Below, piece by piece: positions 61,087 to 64,000 of a DNA stretch of 64,000 nt (position 1 is its first letter; every line of letters begins with the position of its first letter). Both the position numbers and the translations under genes were made by a program. Under the pieces are notes generated by a model that saw only the letters and a program-made list of their open reading frames with translations, did no database searches and was not told the DNA's origin. Origin of the DNA: Podarcis cretensis. Lineage: Eukaryota. Location: the NCBI GenBank assembly GCA_951804945.1, contig OX638149.1, positions 100,068,001-100,132,000 on the forward strand, given 5' to 3'.

Positions 61087-61982
61087 TATTCCTATCTTGA
61101 ACTCAGGTAACAATTCCATAGGCTTCTGCTGGATATTAGGCTTAACTTTTGGTAGATATCAAGATGCATTGCCCTGAGAGTTTAATATTGGCCGTAGGGA
61201 AGTCAAATCCAATAGCCATCTTGAAGGACAATCTGTCCTGAAGTTCCCATTTTCTTACATCCATTCAAATTTATTTGTAGGTGTTTGGAAAGCTCTCCAA
61301 CCTAGCTCTGAATTCTTCAAAATGCTTGTTTTCTTCTCAGTCTATAGGGAGCATAAAGTTAAAGATCCATGAGAAAATATAATCCACTTCCTAGGAGAGT
61401 GACAAATGGCTGTGAGAGAACTTAATTATTGCCAGTAAAGAATGCATCCATTTGTGCATGGCCTGTAATTGCTTAATGTTGTTGTCTCCATCGACATGAG
61501 AGTGTGAAGATGTAAGTAGTTAAAGCCTACTGACCCAGCATGGCAGTTCAGTTAATTTTACTAAGTAGCTGCTTTTTGTAAAACCTGGTGTTCAGTATTG
61601 TTGAGTTCATCCCTCTTTTATCAAGCATTCAAGTGCAAGCCTACAGAAAATCAGCTCTTTTTTCCTAATTGAATTTATCATCTTAGGTAGAGTGCTGTAG
61701 AATTTTCAATCACAACACTAGTATTGTGGGGTAAAGTAAATGTAACAAATGGATGGATTGAATATAAAAGCTACAATGTGTAATGTTCTAAGAGGCATGA
61801 CAGATTGCATTTAACAGCAGTGTTATGTTTATTAAAGTAAAAATGATTTAAAAACAACAACAACTGAGTTTAGGAATAGCTGGTAATTAACTCAGGTGAC
61901 CTGAAGGAAAGAAAGCTTATTGGATTGGATACAGATCTGCTCTTCCATGAGTGAAAAAGCTCTTTTCATATCACTCCCTGTC

Positions 61983-62190
61983 TGGACCAGGGAGGTGATT
62001 AATGTCTCCTTCTGAGTGGGGGGTCCTGCATGCTTGAAGAAGCTCCTTGTAAAACCACTCCACAAAAAACCCTCCCTAGATTTGGAAGATCTAAGTAACT
62101 ACCAGCCAGCTGCTAATCTCTCTTCCTTGGGCAAAGTGCTTAAGCGGGTGGTTGCAGATCAGATCCATGCACTCCTGGAAGAAACTCCAT
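61983..62190 (+). mobile_element. L2 RT N-terminal fragment
   Basis: LKKLLVKPLHKKPSLDLEDLSNYQPAANLSSLGKVLKRVVADQIHALLEET; homologous to 42737. Confidence 0.88.
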
Positions 62191-64000
62191 CCTTATAATA
62201 TTTAGATATTCCCATATATATAGAGAGATGAGCACCAAAGACTAGGAAATAATAATAGGATTTTGATAGCAAGTTTATGGTTGTGTTTGCATTCATCTTG
62301 CAGACTCTTAAATGCCTGCTCATCAGAGAATCTGATAGGTATTAAGACCATGTGCAAAAGGAATGTTCATTCTTGTTCATTAATTGGTTGAGCATACATT
62401 CATACTTGGATGTTTCAGAAGATGACTATCTTTGAAGAAGGACAGATAAGGAGGAATGGATACACTGAGACTGACCCATTTGGAATGTTTAAAGTGTTGT
62501 GCGCGTTGTGTTTTGGTCATGCCCCTGAATCAGAGGTTTTGTGTGTTCTCTGTGCCAAGGTTGCTCACTGAGACCAGTCCCTTCATTCACTTCAAAACAA
62601 CAACAACAACAAACACACAAACCCTGCCCCCCACAAAACCACACAGCTTCTCTTGAATAAATGTTTGCAGACAGTTGAATTCTATGAGCATATTGAAACT
62701 CCTGTTCCTCCAAAGATTACTGTAAGGTTTAGTGGTAGTAATCCCACATAGCTGGTCCCAGACACAATATGAGTTTTTCTATTGTGGCCTTTTGGGGAAG
62801 CAAAGAACCCCTTACTGTAGTGTTTCTTTCCATTCTGTAGCTTCCCGGTGTCCACGAAAGGCTGTACTTATCCTGGGACAGTGTATTTTTCAGCAAGTGG
62901 TTGGAATTGATAATGGTTGAAAACTTCAAGCCAGTAACAAATATGATCTGGCTCATGCATGCATCTCATACTAAGAACATTTCTCCAGTATTATTACAAT
63001 AAAAGTTTATTACTTACCTGTTGTGTTTCATTCTTTTTTTCATTTTGATTTCATTTCTGCAAATTTTTTTCACAAGGTGAAGTGTTCACCTACTTTTCTT
63101 ACTCCAATAACTTGCATTCTTTATTATAGTGTGTGGTCTATATTGCTAGTGTGCTCCAAAATAAATAGATTGCTGCCAAAAGGCATTGGAAAACAGTGTC
63201 AAAACAAGTGACATGGCTTCAACAACATGGCTAGTATTGCTTTCTTATAGATGAAACGGAATCCGTTTTTGATGACAAAATGCAGTAAGCCCAATTTGCT
63301 GGCTTGTATGCCAGTGTATTACCAGAATGATAAATTATTTTGCAAAGCCTAATGCTGAAAGGCATATTAAGAAATGCATGAGACTCTTTGAAAGGGAATA
63401 GCTTGATGGTTAAAACTGACTAATATTTATCTTGCACTTTCTGCCAGTTGACTTTTAGAGCCTGTAGAAAAGGGCTATTTGCTTTAGAAGCAAGGTGAAT
63501 TGGATTTCTGCCATCTTGGTGTAGTCCCTAAATGAATATGTCAAAGGCAATATTGTCTCTAAAATAATAATAATAATTCCGAAGGCAGTCTTTTCATCTA
63601 AGCAGAACTTTTCATTAGTTTTTTGAATTAAATTTGGATAATTACCATTTGATTATGAAGTAATATCCTGCAAGTGCCTGAGGAACAAGATATTTATGGT
63701 GGGGGGGAGCGATTCCTGTGAGTTTTTAAAACTCCTGTTAATTCTTGTCATTTCTGCATTTCAGCTTTCCCCATATAATTCTATGCAATGGAATTCTCAG
63801 CACATAAAAATGTAGAATAAAAAAATATTACAAACCCAACTAACCCTAACACAGTAAATAAAAACTAATATTGAAATTGACTGATAAATACCAGGAGAAA
63901 AATTACATACATTTATAGCAATGTGTAACTTTTTTCAGAAGAACTGAACTATTGTGCTTTGACACAGCTCTATCTTTTCACATGCATGGAAGTCAGATTT

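Noticed and set aside
55400-64000. Next THSD7B exon (VSRPVEKALC...CSTDCIVSSWSAWG)
   Set aside because: No matching frame seen; probably downstream of the window.

Overview
Eukaryotic, AT-rich, CpG-poor vertebrate DNA. The repeat content (Sauria/Squam1 SINE, MIR-derived Squam3-like SINE, tRNA/CR1-tailed SINEs, L2, CR1, Penelope relics, hAT and Tc1/mariner MITEs) points to a squamate, probably a lacertid lizard (inference). The only protein-coding content I can support is three consecutive plus-strand internal exons of THSD7B (thrombospondin type-1 domain-containing 7B): 45740-46577, 48799-49050 and 55233-55399. They splice in frame and match human exons 3-5 as I recall them. I did not find the signal-peptide exon or the following exon, so the rest of the window is most likely THSD7B intron. 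Almost all other ORFs in the track are chance ORFs or LINE relics. I see no convincing new multi-gene system. The most interesting items are: (i) a Penelope-type minimal hammerhead-ribozyme motif inserted with a 12-bp TSD, sense to the pre-mRNA; (ii) an antisense solo LTR with CCAAT/TATA/polyA and an L2 tail crowding the weak donor of frame-symmetric exon 4; (iii) a hAT MITE family with a shared ZNF143/THAP11-like core and different TIRs; (iv) SINEs sharing a CR1 tail but with different tRNA heads; (v) a 27-nt insertion in the THSD7B variable loop. Repeat family names and comparisons with human come from memory, not from searches.
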